Shown: positions 41,646 to 54,639 of the stretch, in pieces
Position numbering within the stretch: the first letter of the stretch is position 1
Layout of the letters: each line of letters opens with the position of its first letter
Assembly (NCBI GenBank): GCA_964016885.1
Contig: OZ024762.1
Span: 8,928,001 to 8,992,000, forward strand
Length of the DNA: 64,000 nucleotides
Direction of reading: 5' to 3'
Origin: Eledone cirrhosa
Taxonomy: Eukaryota
The notes under the pieces: generated by a model
The model's input: the letters and a program-made list of their open reading frames with translations, nothing else
What the model was told of the DNA's origin: nothing
Database searches by the model: none
Position numbers and translations under genes: made by a program

Positions 41646-43681
41646 TTAAGTCAAATGTTTATAATATCTTTACTAGTCGACAGATTGTTGTGAAAATTTG
41701 TAGTATTAGAGTAAAGAGTTTATTCTTTAATGTGATGCTAAAAATAATGGTTTCTGATGTAGGCACAAGGCCAGCAATTTGGCCTCCAACACCGCCGAGC
41801 CCTAGAGCCCATCACTCTCCTCCACATCCCTCCCCATTCTTTTGTGACCCCGGGGCTCTTGCCTTTCCCTTCCTTTTCCGTGGATTGGCAGTATGGGTAG
41901 AGGGTCGGACGCCATGCTTTGACGTATAGAGTTACGGCCCTTGCCATTCTGAGTTCAAATCCCGCCGAGGTTAACTTTGCCTTTCATCCTTACGGGGTCG
42001 ATAAAATAAAGTACCAGTAATACACTGGGGTAATAGCTGGCCTTGTGCCAAAAGTAGAAACAATTATTAAAGAAAGATAAAATATTTATATAAATAAGAA
42101 CTGTCGAAGATAGGGGATGCTTTCACTGGACTAGAACTAGTTTAGGCTTTAACGCTTTTGTCACTGTATTTCTAATAAAATACACTTTTCTTCTTCTTCT
42201 TTGCCTTCTTCTCTAAACTAATCCCTGAGAGGTTCGTGGGGTAAGAGTTTTCAAACAGTCTTTCCAGAGGGTCCGGTCAAAAGTAACTGTTTCCAATGGA
42301 TCCGGCTGGATCTCCGAGTTCATGAATGTTATCCAAGCCTCTTGCTCGTCGGTTCGGGTGGGTCTACCTCTAGCTCTCCAATTAAGCAATGAAGAATTTT
42401 GCGAGACTTTCGAAAATTATTAATTATTTCACTACTAAGCTATTAGCTTAAAGTATGGTTCTTATATAAAAAATAATTGTTTCTACTTTTGGCACAAGGC
42501 TAGCAATCACCCAGAACATTACTGGTACTTTATTTTATCGACCCCGTAAGGATGAAAGGCAAAGTTGACTTCGGCGGGATTTGAATTCAGAATGGAAAGG
42601 GCCGTAACTCTATGCGTCAAAGCATGACGTCCGAAAAATAATGTTGGAAGATTTTATATATATATATATATAAATAGGAAACATTTTAAACTGGGTTGAA
42701 CTAGAACCAGTTTAAAAATATTATTTATTTCATTACTAAGCTATTAACTTAAAGTGGGGTTCTTATATAAAAAATTAAGTTATAATGTTAGAAGATTTTT
42801 TTAATATATAAATAGGAAACATTTTCAAATTGGTAAAACTAACCTGTTTAATAATATTAATTATTTCATTACTAAGCTATTAACTTAAAGTATGGTTCTT
42901 ATATAAAAAATAAAATTATAATATTTTTTTTTATATACAAATAGGAAACATTTTAAACTGGGTTGGACTAGAACCAGTTTAGAAATTCATTACTAAAAGT
43001 GGGGTTCTTATATAAAAAAAATTAAGTTAGAAGATTTTTTTTCTATATAAATAGAAAACTTTTAAACGTGGGTAGATCTAGAACTGGTTCTGACCTGTTT
43101 GGTATCAAAAGTGCTAAGATATTTGTTGTATTTTATAACTTTCGATCTTATCTAATTTAAGAACTTTTTTCACTCTATAATTTTATGCAATAAATGTTAA
43201 AATGCTATTGCAAAAAAAATGGAGGAATGGTGTGTGACTTCATCTAAATGATTTCACTATATGTTTATTTCGATGTAATAAATTTTAAGATGCTGACCCC
43301 TCCCCACGCCCCGCATACCCCACCCCACCCAGTTGTAAACAAAAATGTCTTCATCTAAGGTATCTCTCTTCATATTTCGAAATAGTTTTTTTGTTAAGGT
43401 AGGTCGTTATAGGTCAGGTTAGAATATAAGTATAGAAGGTAAAGTGGTATGGAATTATTTTATGTGGTGTAGTGGTGATGGTAGGTGATGGTGTAGTGGT
43501 GGTGTAGTGGTAAAGGTAGGTGGTGATATAGAGGTGAAGGTAGGTGGTGGTTTAGTGGTAAAGGTAGGTGGTGGTTTAGTGGTGAGGATGTTAGACTTGT
43601 GATTACAAGGACATGCGTTCGATTCTTGCACTAAGCGGAGTATTGTATTCATAAGCAAGATGCTTTATTTCGTGTTGTTTT

Positions 43682-44170
43682 CATGATAGGACTGGCGCCT
43701 CTATTGTTAAAACACCTGAGAAACTTCATACGAGATACAATCTCCTAGGAGGCCAGCTAAACCTTCATAGGTGTGAGCTCTAACAACTAAAAAAAGCATG
43801 ATAGGACTGGCGCCTCTATCGTTAAAACATCTGAGAAACCTCCTATGAGATACAATCTCCTAGGAGGCCAGCTAAACCTACATAGGTGTGAGCTGTAACA
43901 ACAGCAGTATCATGGGCCTACTGTTCCTATCATTAAAACACCTGAGAAACCTCCTTCGAGATGCAACCTCAGAGGAGGCTAACTAAATCTTCACAGATGT
44001 GAAATATAAATTTCATTTTTTTTCTCCTTTCATGATAGAAATGGAACCCCTATCATTAAAACACATCGGGAACCTCCCATAAGACGCTGTCTGTAAGGAG
44101 GCCAGCTAAACGACAAAAGCAACATGAGAAGATTAGGGCTCCCTACCATTAAAACAAAAGATAAACCTCC
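43682..44170. repeat. ~115-bp degenerate tandem repeat
   Basis: catgataggactggcgcctcta at 43682 and 43797, with decayed further copies. Confidence 0.65.
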
Positions 44171-44290
44171 GGAGGAGCAATCATATCTGTATTGAGGGTG
44201 TACAAATGTGTGTGTGCCAATATTTATCTAAAGACATTTTTTACAATTCCATCCCGCCCGTCCCCTCAATCTATTTTATTTTTCATTCTT

Positions 44291-44326
44291 TCTTCTAATG
44301 AAGGACTAGCGGCCGAAACGTTAAGA
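44291..44326 (+). ncRNA. Degenerate minimal Penelope-type hammerhead
   Basis: tctt-CTAATGA-aggactagcggcc-GAAA-cg-TT-aaga (G5A, probably inactive). Confidence 0.5.
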
Positions 44327-44410
44327 CCCCCTTCCTGCTATATCAAGCGTTAACCTAATATATACCTTCCATATACTGTACCAATTGTGTTGTTATTTCT
44401 GTTTACCTTT

Positions 44411-44502
<92 letters not shown>

Positions 44503-44549
44503 GAGAGAATCATTAGAACATCTGACTGATAAAATGACAAGTCAGTCAA

Positions 44550-45500
44550 TCACATTGGTGGTCTCCCCACAGCCCCGGCAGACAGAATGGAGAGGTGTTT
44601 CCCCGGAGAACGGCAAGGTAGACGCACTGGAAGAGCCATTCCAACTCGCGAGGCTCATACCTGCGGCTGGCCAGCTCAGCGCCTATGGTGGTGAGTAGGG
44701 AGGTAGCCCCAGGGCCGAGGACACCAGAAGTCTCCACTGCTAGGGGTAGCCAGCTCAGCGCCTATGGTGGTGAGTAGAGAGGTAGCCCCAGGGCCGAGGA
44801 CACCAGAAGTCTCCACTGCTAGGGGTAGCCAGCTCAGCGCCTATGGTGGTGAGTAGGGAGGTAGCCCCAGGGCCGAGGACACCAGAAGTCTTCACTGCTA
44901 GGGGTAGCCAGCTCAGCGCCTATGGTGGTGAGTAGAGAGGTAGCCCCAGGGCCGAGGACACCAGAAGTCTTCACTGCTAGGGGTAGCCAGCTCAGCGCCT
45001 ATGGTGGTGAGTAGAGAGGTAGCCCTAGGGCCGAGGACACCAGAAGTCTTCACTGCTAGGGGTAGCCAGCTCAGCGCCTATGGTGGTGAGTAGGGAGGTA
45101 GCCCCAGGGCCGAGGACACCAGAAGTCTCCACTGCTAGGGGTAGCCAGCTCAGCGCCTATGGTGGTGAGTAGGGAGGTAGCCCCAGGGCTGAGGACACCA
45201 GAAGTCTCCACTGCTAGGGGTAGCCAGCTCAGCGCCTATGGTGGTGAGTAGGGAGGTAGCCCTAGGGCCGAGGACACCAGAAGTCTCCACTGCTAGGGGT
45301 AGCCAGCTCATCGCCTATGGTGGTGAGTAGGGAGGTAGCCCTAGGGCCGAGGACACCAGAAGTCTTCACTGCCAAGGGTACGACCGCAAACCTGTCGGAG
45401 AGCGACCGGTATTTGAAGAGTTTGGCCTCCTCAGCCCGACGTGCAGCAGAACCTGGGTTAGTCACAGACTGCACCAGGTTGCGGCTGGAGATGAAGCCTG
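44550..45500 (-). mobile_element. CRE-like LINE 3' fragment containing a 9 x 79-bp tandem amplification (44670-45372)
   Basis: Same protein motif as 41180-41645. Unit starts recur at 44670, 44749, 44828 ... 45302. Confidence 0.8.
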
Positions 45501-45647
45501 TAAAAGGGGTTAACTAATTTAACATAGGTGTGAGCTATAAGAGTTTCTCTTTCCACAAAGAAGGATTTGTGTCTGAAACGTCAATGCAGAAACACCCCTT
45601 CACTACGGTACATAGGAACTTTAAAAGATTTACTTCAATTTCACCAT

Positions 45648-45681
<34 letters not shown>

Positions 45682-45770
45682 TAATTAGAGATATGTAGAA
45701 ACACACACACATATATATATGTATGTGTGTGTGTGTACGTGTGTGTGCAATATATATATATACATATATA

Positions 45771-45866
<96 letters not shown>

Positions 45867-46251
45867 TATATATATATATGCATATATATGCATATATATA
45901 TATATACTGTTGGCTTTTTGCTACAATGTTTTCTATACCTTTCATTTATATATATATATATATATATATATATGCATATATATATATGCATATATATATA
46001 TATGCATATATATATATATATACATATGCATATTTATATGCATATATATGTATATATATATATATGCATATATATATATATATATGCATATATATATATA
46101 TAAATATATATATACATATATACATATATACACATATACATATATATATATATACACATATATATATATATACACATATATGTTAGTCTATATCTATATA
46201 TCTATTTCTTCTGCCAGGAGAAGAAGCTAATCTTTGCACATACACACCCAC

Positions 46252-46283
<32 letters not shown>

Positions 46284-47186
46284 GCACACACAGAGCTAGC
46301 AATGGCTGGTAGTCTTGTTTCTTCTTTTTCTTATCTAAAACGTCAATTAAGAAATGACAAGTTCAAGTTGCTAAGAGGCACCAAGACGAAATTAAATAAA
46401 ATGTGAACTAATAAAGATTTTTATCGGCAGAAAGCTTCCACCGCTACCGCGAGGGTGGGTAAATATTAAATTAACAAGACTCTACCAAAACGAGGGGAGT
46501 GCGGTGTGAAGGGAGGTGGGGGTGGGGGTGAAGGAAAAGGTGGATGGTGGTGAGGGGAGTGGGTGTGGTGGTGAGTGGGTGGTGTTGGGTGAGGGAGGTG
46601 GTGGTGGTGAAGTGAGGGCGGCGGTGGTGGGTGAATGGAGAAGGGGAGGGGGGGGGAAAGGTAGGTGGGAGGTGGTGAAGGGAGGGGAGTGGCGGTGGGT
46701 AAAGGTGGGAGATGGTGGGTAAGGGTGGTGGGTGGGGGTGAAGGGAGTTGGGTAGGTGGAGGAGTAAGGAAATAAAAACAAAGAAAAAATACAAAAAAAA
46801 ATGAAAAAAAAAATAGCAAACTGTCATCAGCCCCCCTCGCCTCACCCCCCCCGTCCTTCCATCATATCCCCACCATTATAATCTTTACCAATACCACCAT
46901 CATCACCACCATCATCCTCATTATCACCATCATCATCACCATCATCATCAGCACCATCACCATCATCCCCATCACGATAGTTACTAAACACTCCACCACC
47001 ACCACCACCACAATAAATGTTACACTCACCACCATCATACTTACCATCACTATCATCATCAACATAACTATCACACTTTCCACCACCACAAATATTATCA
47101 TCACCATCATCATAGCCACCACCACCACCACCACCAGCTTCCCCCCCTCTCTCTATGTTATATATGTGTATATAAGTGTATGTATA

Positions 47187-47319
<133 letters not shown>

Positions 47320-47332
47320 GTATATATATATG

Positions 47333-47394
<62 letters not shown>

Positions 47395-47399
47395 TATAA

Positions 47400-47439
<40 letters not shown>

Positions 47440-47441
<2 letters not shown>

Positions 47442-47681
47442 CGAAGAAAATGTGGTAAGGAACCAGGTGGACCGTAACGCACCAAAGTACTCAATACTTA
47501 GGGTAGTAGAGTGGGTAATAGGAACCAGTAAGACCCCGACGGCTGAGCTCAAGCCGTTTCGACGGCTAATTCTAGTTGGCGAGTTTACGAGTTCTCGGGA
47601 ATTCCTATGTAAGTTTATCATAGAGTCCAGAATTAGCCGTCGAAACGGCTTGAGCTCAGCCGTCGGGGTCTTACTGGTTCC

Positions 47682-47682
<1 letters not shown>
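47440..47682. mobile_element. Family D fold-back copy with a 47-bp insert in the loop
   Basis: Insert 47573-47619 is identical to 48430-48476. Confidence 0.8.
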
Positions 47683-47727
<45 letters not shown>

Positions 47728-48047
47728 GAGAGACACACATATATATATATATATATACTAAAAACGAAAAATTACCATGAATAAGTTTTTTAAGTGGGGT
47801 CGGCAGTGAATATATATTTTTTCCATAAAATAATTGTTGTGGTGAGAAATATGTGTGTGTGTGTGTGTATGGATATGTATATGCATGTATATGTATATAT
47901 GTATGTATGTATGTATATATGTATACTCACGAGTTGTTTCAAGGTAACCATATATATATATATATATATATATGGGAGCTTCCAACAGACATGGTCGCAT
48001 TCTTTTAAGGGTATGTCAATATTTGTTTATAAAACTGATCTATATTA

Positions 48048-48112
48048 TATTTTATCTGATGAAAGCGCACCATAATTTGCTTTGGTGTCCTTGAAATATG
48101 TATAGTGAAATA
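48048..48112 (+). ncRNA. Type I hammerhead ribozyme, family E (unfolded copy, element ~47973-48247)
   Basis: tattttat-CTGATGA-aagcgcacca...tggtgtcctt-GAAA-tatgta-TA-gtgaaata. Confidence 0.75.
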
Positions 48113-48245
48113 AATAAGGTTTTATAAATATAGTTTCCATTTGTTATAATATATTGTATTTTTACTCCAAAAATGTTGTTGAGTGCTTTATATCAGTTAT
48201 AAAAATATTTGCTTGTTGTATCCCAACAAATTAAATATAAATTCT

Positions 48246-48325
<80 letters not shown>

Positions 48326-48604
48326 GATAACAAATTATCGTTATAGGTAATCCAGTTAGAGGTTGCGAATACTTCGTATTATGGATAGTTTTAGCGTACG
48401 GCGTTGTTTGACTCAACAAGAGGTTTCCTTAGTTGGCGAGTTTACGAGTTCTCGGGAATTCCTATGTAAGTTTATCTTGGAGTAATAATAGTGAAAGGGT
48501 GAAGAATAGATTAGCAATTTTTAGACAACTTAATCAATGAAACAATTGTTAATACTGTAAATAAAACCCTTTTTGTACTGTTGACCATGTTATTCTTCAC
48601 TCTT

Positions 48605-48652
<48 letters not shown>

Positions 48653-48656
<4 letters not shown>

Positions 48657-48847
48657 AACGAGTAGGACCCCGACGGCTGACCTCAAGCCGTTTCGACGGC
48701 TAATTCATAGAGTCCAGAATTAGCCGTCGAAACGGCTTGAGGTCAGCCGTCGGGGTCCTACTCGTTCCTATTACCCACTCTACTACCCTAAGTATTGAGT
48801 ACTTTGGTGCGTTATGTTCCATCTGGTTCCTTACCACATTTCCTTCG

Positions 48848-48849
<2 letters not shown>
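48653..48849 (+). mobile_element. Family D fold-back copy
   Basis: A private variant (ctgacctcaag/cttgaggtcag) is present in both arms. Confidence 0.8.
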
Positions 48850-48909
<60 letters not shown>

Positions 48910-49128
48910 ATATTAAATAAATGGAAACTATATTTATAAAACCATATTTATTTTATTATATATATTTCAAGGGTACCAAGACAACATTGGTACGTTTTCA
49001 TCAGATAAAATACAAAGTTTGTTTTATAAAAATCATACCTTATCGGTTGGAAATTCACTGGATAGTGAATTTCCAACCGATAAGGTATGATTTTCATGGG
49101 TATGTCTATATTTATAAAACAAACTTTG

Positions 49129-49193
49129 TATTTTATCTGATGAAAGCGTACCAATGTTGTCTTGGTTGCCCTTGAAATATATATAATAAAATA
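49129..49193 (+). ncRNA. Type I hammerhead ribozyme, family E, in fold-back element 48905-49331
   Basis: tattttat-CTGATGA-aagcgtaccaa...ttggttgccctt-GAAA-tatata-TA-ataaaata: canonical core, 8-bp stem I, palindromic stem III. Confidence 0.8.
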
Positions 49194-49327
49194 AATATGG
49201 TTTTATAAATATAGTTTCCATTTATTTAATATCATTGAATATTTACTCCAGTAAATTGTTGAGTGCTCTAAATCAGTTATAAACATTTATATTTGTCGGA
49301 CTTCCAACAAATTAAATACCACTTCTA

Positions 49328-49423
<96 letters not shown>

Positions 49424-49538
49424 AGGAAAGAAATCGAAAATGTAACTGAAAAGAATTTTTATTTGTTTCCTTTACCGCTTTCACAGTTCTTATACCCTTC
49501 AAAAGTAGAATTGAGATGGAGAGTTTGTGGTTTGTCTC

Positions 49539-49578
<40 letters not shown>

Positions 49579-49604
49579 ATATATATAAACTTGTATATAT
49601 ATCA

Positions 49605-49658
<54 letters not shown>

Positions 49659-49671
49659 TGTATATATATCA

Positions 49672-49717
<46 letters not shown>

Positions 49718-50323
49718 CGAAACATAAGTAATTGCATGAACTCATAATATATATATATATTGTCATTCTTTGGGATGCCATGCTGCCAATAAAAACACAC
49801 GCACATTATAAATTTCCAGCTGGTTGGTTGGTTCGATTATAAATTTCCAGCTGGTTGTTTATATATTGTCAAATTTATAATAAATTGAAGTGGAAATCAA
49901 CAGGTGCGTGTGTTTTTATTGGTTGCATCACTCACCCTCCCAAAGTATAACAATATCTGTTTCAACACACGTTTTCAGATACGAAATCTTGCAAAACAAA
50001 TTCATAAACGTAGTGTATATATATATATATATATATACGATATTAAATAAATGGAAACTATATTTATAAAACCATATTTATTTCATTATACATATTTCAG
50101 GGATATCGAGTGCTTTATATCAGTTATAAAATATTTACTTGTTGTATCCCAACAATTTTAAATAAAACTTTTGCATATATATATATATATATATTTATTT
50201 ATAAATATATGTATATATATATTTATATGTATATATATATATATTTATATACATATTTATTTAAATATGTGTAAATATATATATATTTATATATGTGTAA
50301 ATATATATATATATTTATATATG

Positions 50324-50354
<31 letters not shown>

Positions 50355-50355
50355 G

Positions 50356-50429
<74 letters not shown>

Positions 50430-50969
50430 TATGTTTATATATATGTTTATATATATATATATGTTTATATATATATATATATATGTTTATATATATATAT
50501 ATATATATGTTTATATATATATATATGTTTATATATATATATATATATGTTTATATATATATATGTTTATATATATATATATATATATGTTTATATATAT
50601 ATATATGTATATGTCTGTGTGTTAGAACAGAGCTAAAACACGTCCCCTCTAACAAATGGCCCGGAGCTGGTATGATTAAATCACTGTTGCTTGCCTTGAC
50701 GAGGAAAGCTGTGTAAAGGTGTGTAGTGTTACTTTGTACGGTTTTAATTAGGATCAGATAATTGAGTTAATAGAAATTTTATTTCAGCGTTATTTTAGAT
50801 TTACGATAGTTTAGAAAATTAATCGAATTTAGATGATGGAGAGAGAGAGTGGGAGGAAGGCGGGAGAGAGGGGGAGGTAGGAGAGAGAGAGAGAGAGGGG
50901 GAATGAAAGAGAGAGAGAGAGAGAGAATGGCTGTGTATGAGCGTACATGCTCGTATATGGGAGTGTGTG

Positions 50970-51026
<57 letters not shown>

Positions 51027-51071
51027 ATATATATATGTGTGTGTGTGTATATATATATATGTGTGTGTGTG

Positions 51072-51146
<75 letters not shown>

Positions 51147-51157
51147 GTGTGTGTGTG

Positions 51158-51294
<137 letters not shown>

Positions 51295-51309
51295 ATATAT
51301 ATAAATATA

Positions 51310-51353
<44 letters not shown>

Positions 51354-51423
51354 AGTGGGTACATCATTATCATCATTTAATGGACGTTTAATAATGTACA
51401 TGATGTATATATGTGAATGCGTA

Positions 51424-51455
<32 letters not shown>

Positions 51456-51485
51456 CACATACACATATATATATATGTGTGTGTG

Positions 51486-51537
<52 letters not shown>

Positions 51538-51789
51538 TATATATATATACACACACACACACATATATATGTACATGTGTGTACGTGTGAACGTAAGCGT
51601 ACACACAAATATTTGTAAGCTTGTAGAGAGGGGGTGGGGAGGATGTTGCAGTAACAGGAGGAGGGGGAAGAGGGTTTGTTTTTCACCCCGCCTCTATCGC
51701 CTCCCCTGGGGTATAGGAATGTCAGTATACCCTCGGGGAGGTGGTGCTAGGGGGCGGTGGGAGTGGTATAGCCTTGGGGGTGGGTGGTG

Positions 51790-52150
51790 TTAGGTGGTGG
51801 GGGATTGATAGACCCTAGGGGAGGTGGTGTTAGTGGGTGGGGGAGTGATAGACCCTTGGGGAGGTGGTGTTAGTGGGTGGGGGAGTGATAGATCCTTGGG
51901 GTGGTGTTAGGGGGTGGGGGATTGATAGACCTTTGGGGGAGGTGGTGTTAGGGGGTGGGGGATTGATAGACCCTTGGGTGGGTGGGGGGTGTTAGCGGGG
52001 GTAGGAAATCGGTAAGCCCTCTGGGAGGTGGTGTTAGGGTGGATGGGGGTGGGGGATACCGTTTGGGAAGTGGTGTTAGGCGGTGCGGGGGGTGGGGGAT
52101 GGTATAACCTCGTGGAGGTGGTGTTAGGGTGGTTGGGGGAGTGGTATAGA
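51790..52150. repeat. G-rich ~41-bp tandem repeat
   Basis: gggaggtggtgttagtgggtgggggagtgatagacccttgg units. Confidence 0.7.
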
Positions 52151-53278
52151 TTACAGTATGGTGTAGAGAAGGGCGTGGCCCTGGTGGAGGGCCAACGGAA
52201 TAGCCAGAGGTGGTGGTGGTGGAGGAGGGGTGGGGAAAGGGGAGGGAACCGAGATTTCAATCTCACCTTTAGGAATATTTCATCTTTATCATAAATAGTC
52301 TGGAATAAGGAAATTAATAAGTTAATGGTGTGTGGGGGGGGGGGGACTAGGAGGAGGGGGTGGTTGCAAGGGAGGGGGGGTGGAGGAGAAGTAGGAGGAG
52401 GTGGCTTCAGCGGAGGGGGACGAGGAGGAGAATGTGGCTGCAGGGAAGGATTAGGGTGGAGGAGAAGAAGGAGAAGGTGGTGGAAGAATGGGAAGGAGGA
52501 GGAAGAGGCTGAAATGGTGGAAGAAGAGAATGTGGAAGGAGGAGGGGGCAGGAGGTGAGCAGGAGGAGGAGGAGGTGAAAGAATGAGAGGAAGGGGAGGA
52601 GGAAGGGGAGAAATGGCAAGAAGGGGAACAAGAGGAGAGGGTGGATGAACTGGAAGAGGAAGAGGAGACTGAGAAGGAGGGAGGAAGAAGGAGGGAGAGG
52701 AGGAGGAGTAGAAGAAATCTGAAGTCTCACGAGACTGGTGCTTATCCCGGTTTCCTTGGTGTTAAACAATTGAGAGTACAAGACTCCCCCTGGATAGGAC
52801 GACTGTCTATCGCAGAGTTAAAGTCTTTCTCAAACCCGGAGACACATTAAACCGGTTCTTATTCCGGTTTCTTTAGTGTTAAATAACTGAGAGTCCACGA
52901 TTTCCCTTCCCCAACACCCCGGACTGGACGTCAGTCCATCGCAGCGTTGACTTCCCCTGCTATTGCTGGTACTCATGTTCACCTGGCTGTACTGCTGTAA
53001 CGTGGAATGAAGGGTTTTGCTCAAGAACACAACACACAACCCAGTCCAGGAATCGAACCCACGACATTATGATCTTAAATTCAACTCCCATGGCAACGTA
53101 CCTACACTTAATACACAACGTAACCTAAGGTGTCCCATGACATTTAAAAGGCGCCAAAGTTAACTTTACCTTTCATCCATACGGGGTCGATAAAATAAAG
53201 TACCAGTGATACACTTGGATAATTGCTGGCCTTGTGCCAAAAAGTAGAAACAATTATTATTATTATTATTATTATTAT

Positions 53279-54315
53279 TTGTAACGCTTTTGTTCTGGCA
53301 GATGTTATACCGACACTATACCCGAAGAGGGAGCCATGGCCAAAGGTCAAAGGTCCTGTGGGTCATTCTTTCTCCTTCAACTTTCCAACACCCTTCTTAG
53401 AATCTTTGCTGTTCCTAGCAAGGCTGTTTTCTGCAACAATCCTGTCCTGATTGTAATTCCTAGCTTCTCAAGCCATACACCCCACCCTCTACTAACTGCT
53501 ACAATTGTACCACTTCTACATGTCTGATTCTCCACAGTTTCCTGATTTCTCTCTCCATCTCCTGATATTTCTCTCTCTCCATCTCCTGGTATTTCTCACT
53601 CTCCATCTCCTGATATTTCTCTCTCTCCATCTCCTGGTATTTCTCACTCTCCATCTCCTGGTATTTCTCACTCTCCATCTCCTGGATTTCCTCTCTCCAT
53701 CTCCTGGTATTTCTCACTCTCCATCTCCTGGATTTCCTCTCTCCATCTCCTGGTATTTCTCACTCTCCATCTTCTGGATTTCCTCTCTCCATCTCCTGGT
53801 ATTTCTCACTCTCCATCTCCTGGTATTTCTCACTCTCCATCTCCTGGTATTTCTCACTCTCCATCTCCTGGATTTCCTCTCTCCATCTCCTGGTATTTCT
53901 CACTCTCCATCTCCTGGTATTTCTCACTCTCCATCTCCTGGATTTCCTCTCTCCATCTCCTGGTATTTCTCACTCTCCATCTCCTGGATTTCCTCTCTCC
54001 ATCTCCTGGTATTTCTCACTCTCCATCTTCTGGATTTCCTCTCTCCATCTCCTGGTATTTCTCACTCTCCATCTTCTGGATTTCCTCTCTCCATCTGATA
54101 TTTCTCACTCTCCATCTCCTGGATTTCCTCTCTCCATCTCCTGGTATTCCTCACTCTCCATCTCTTGGATTTCCTCTCTCCATCTCCTGGATTTCCTCTC
54201 TCCATCTCCTGGTATTCCTCACTCTCCATCTCCTGGATTTCCTCTCTCCATCTCCTGGTATTCCTCACTCTCCATCTCCTGGATTTCCTCTCTCCATCTC
54301 CTGGTATTTCTCAAC
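53279..54315 (-). mobile_element. R4/Dong-like RLE non-LTR retrotransposon 3' end with a 24/22-bp tandem expansion (53546-54312)
   Basis: Minus strand reads EKYQEMEREIRKLWRIRHVEVV...WLEKLGITIRTGLLQKTALLGTAKILRRVLES*. The 3' end abuts (TAA)n. Confidence 0.75.
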
Positions 54316-54639
54316 TTTCTCACTTTTACGTTAATGTATCCTTATAAATCATCATTTTTTATTTTTATTTTAGAATTAATTTTCATACAATACAAATTGG
54401 ATCTAATTACACTGGCTTCTTACATCAACACCAAAAGGCTGTGCCCCAGCATGGCCTCAGCTCATCGGCTGGAATACGTCAAGGAAAACAAATGACCATC
54501 TAGACGACGATCAGGTAGGTTTTATATTACTGTTATTGTTTTCAATATTATTGCCATTATGACTTTAAATATGATATTTTTGAAAGATCAGTATTATCAT
54601 AGCAGAGAATGATGTGCTCCCAGGTCTTGAATAATCAAC

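Noticed and set aside
51790-52150. Telomeric TTAGGG array
   Set aside because: Only scattered ttaggg occur inside a longer G-rich unit, not a tandem telomere repeat.
54374-54514. Exon-like segment with ttttag acceptor and cag|gtaggt donor
   Set aside because: It has stops in all three frames and contains SINE-tail-like sequence, so at best it is non-coding. Unsupported without RNA data.
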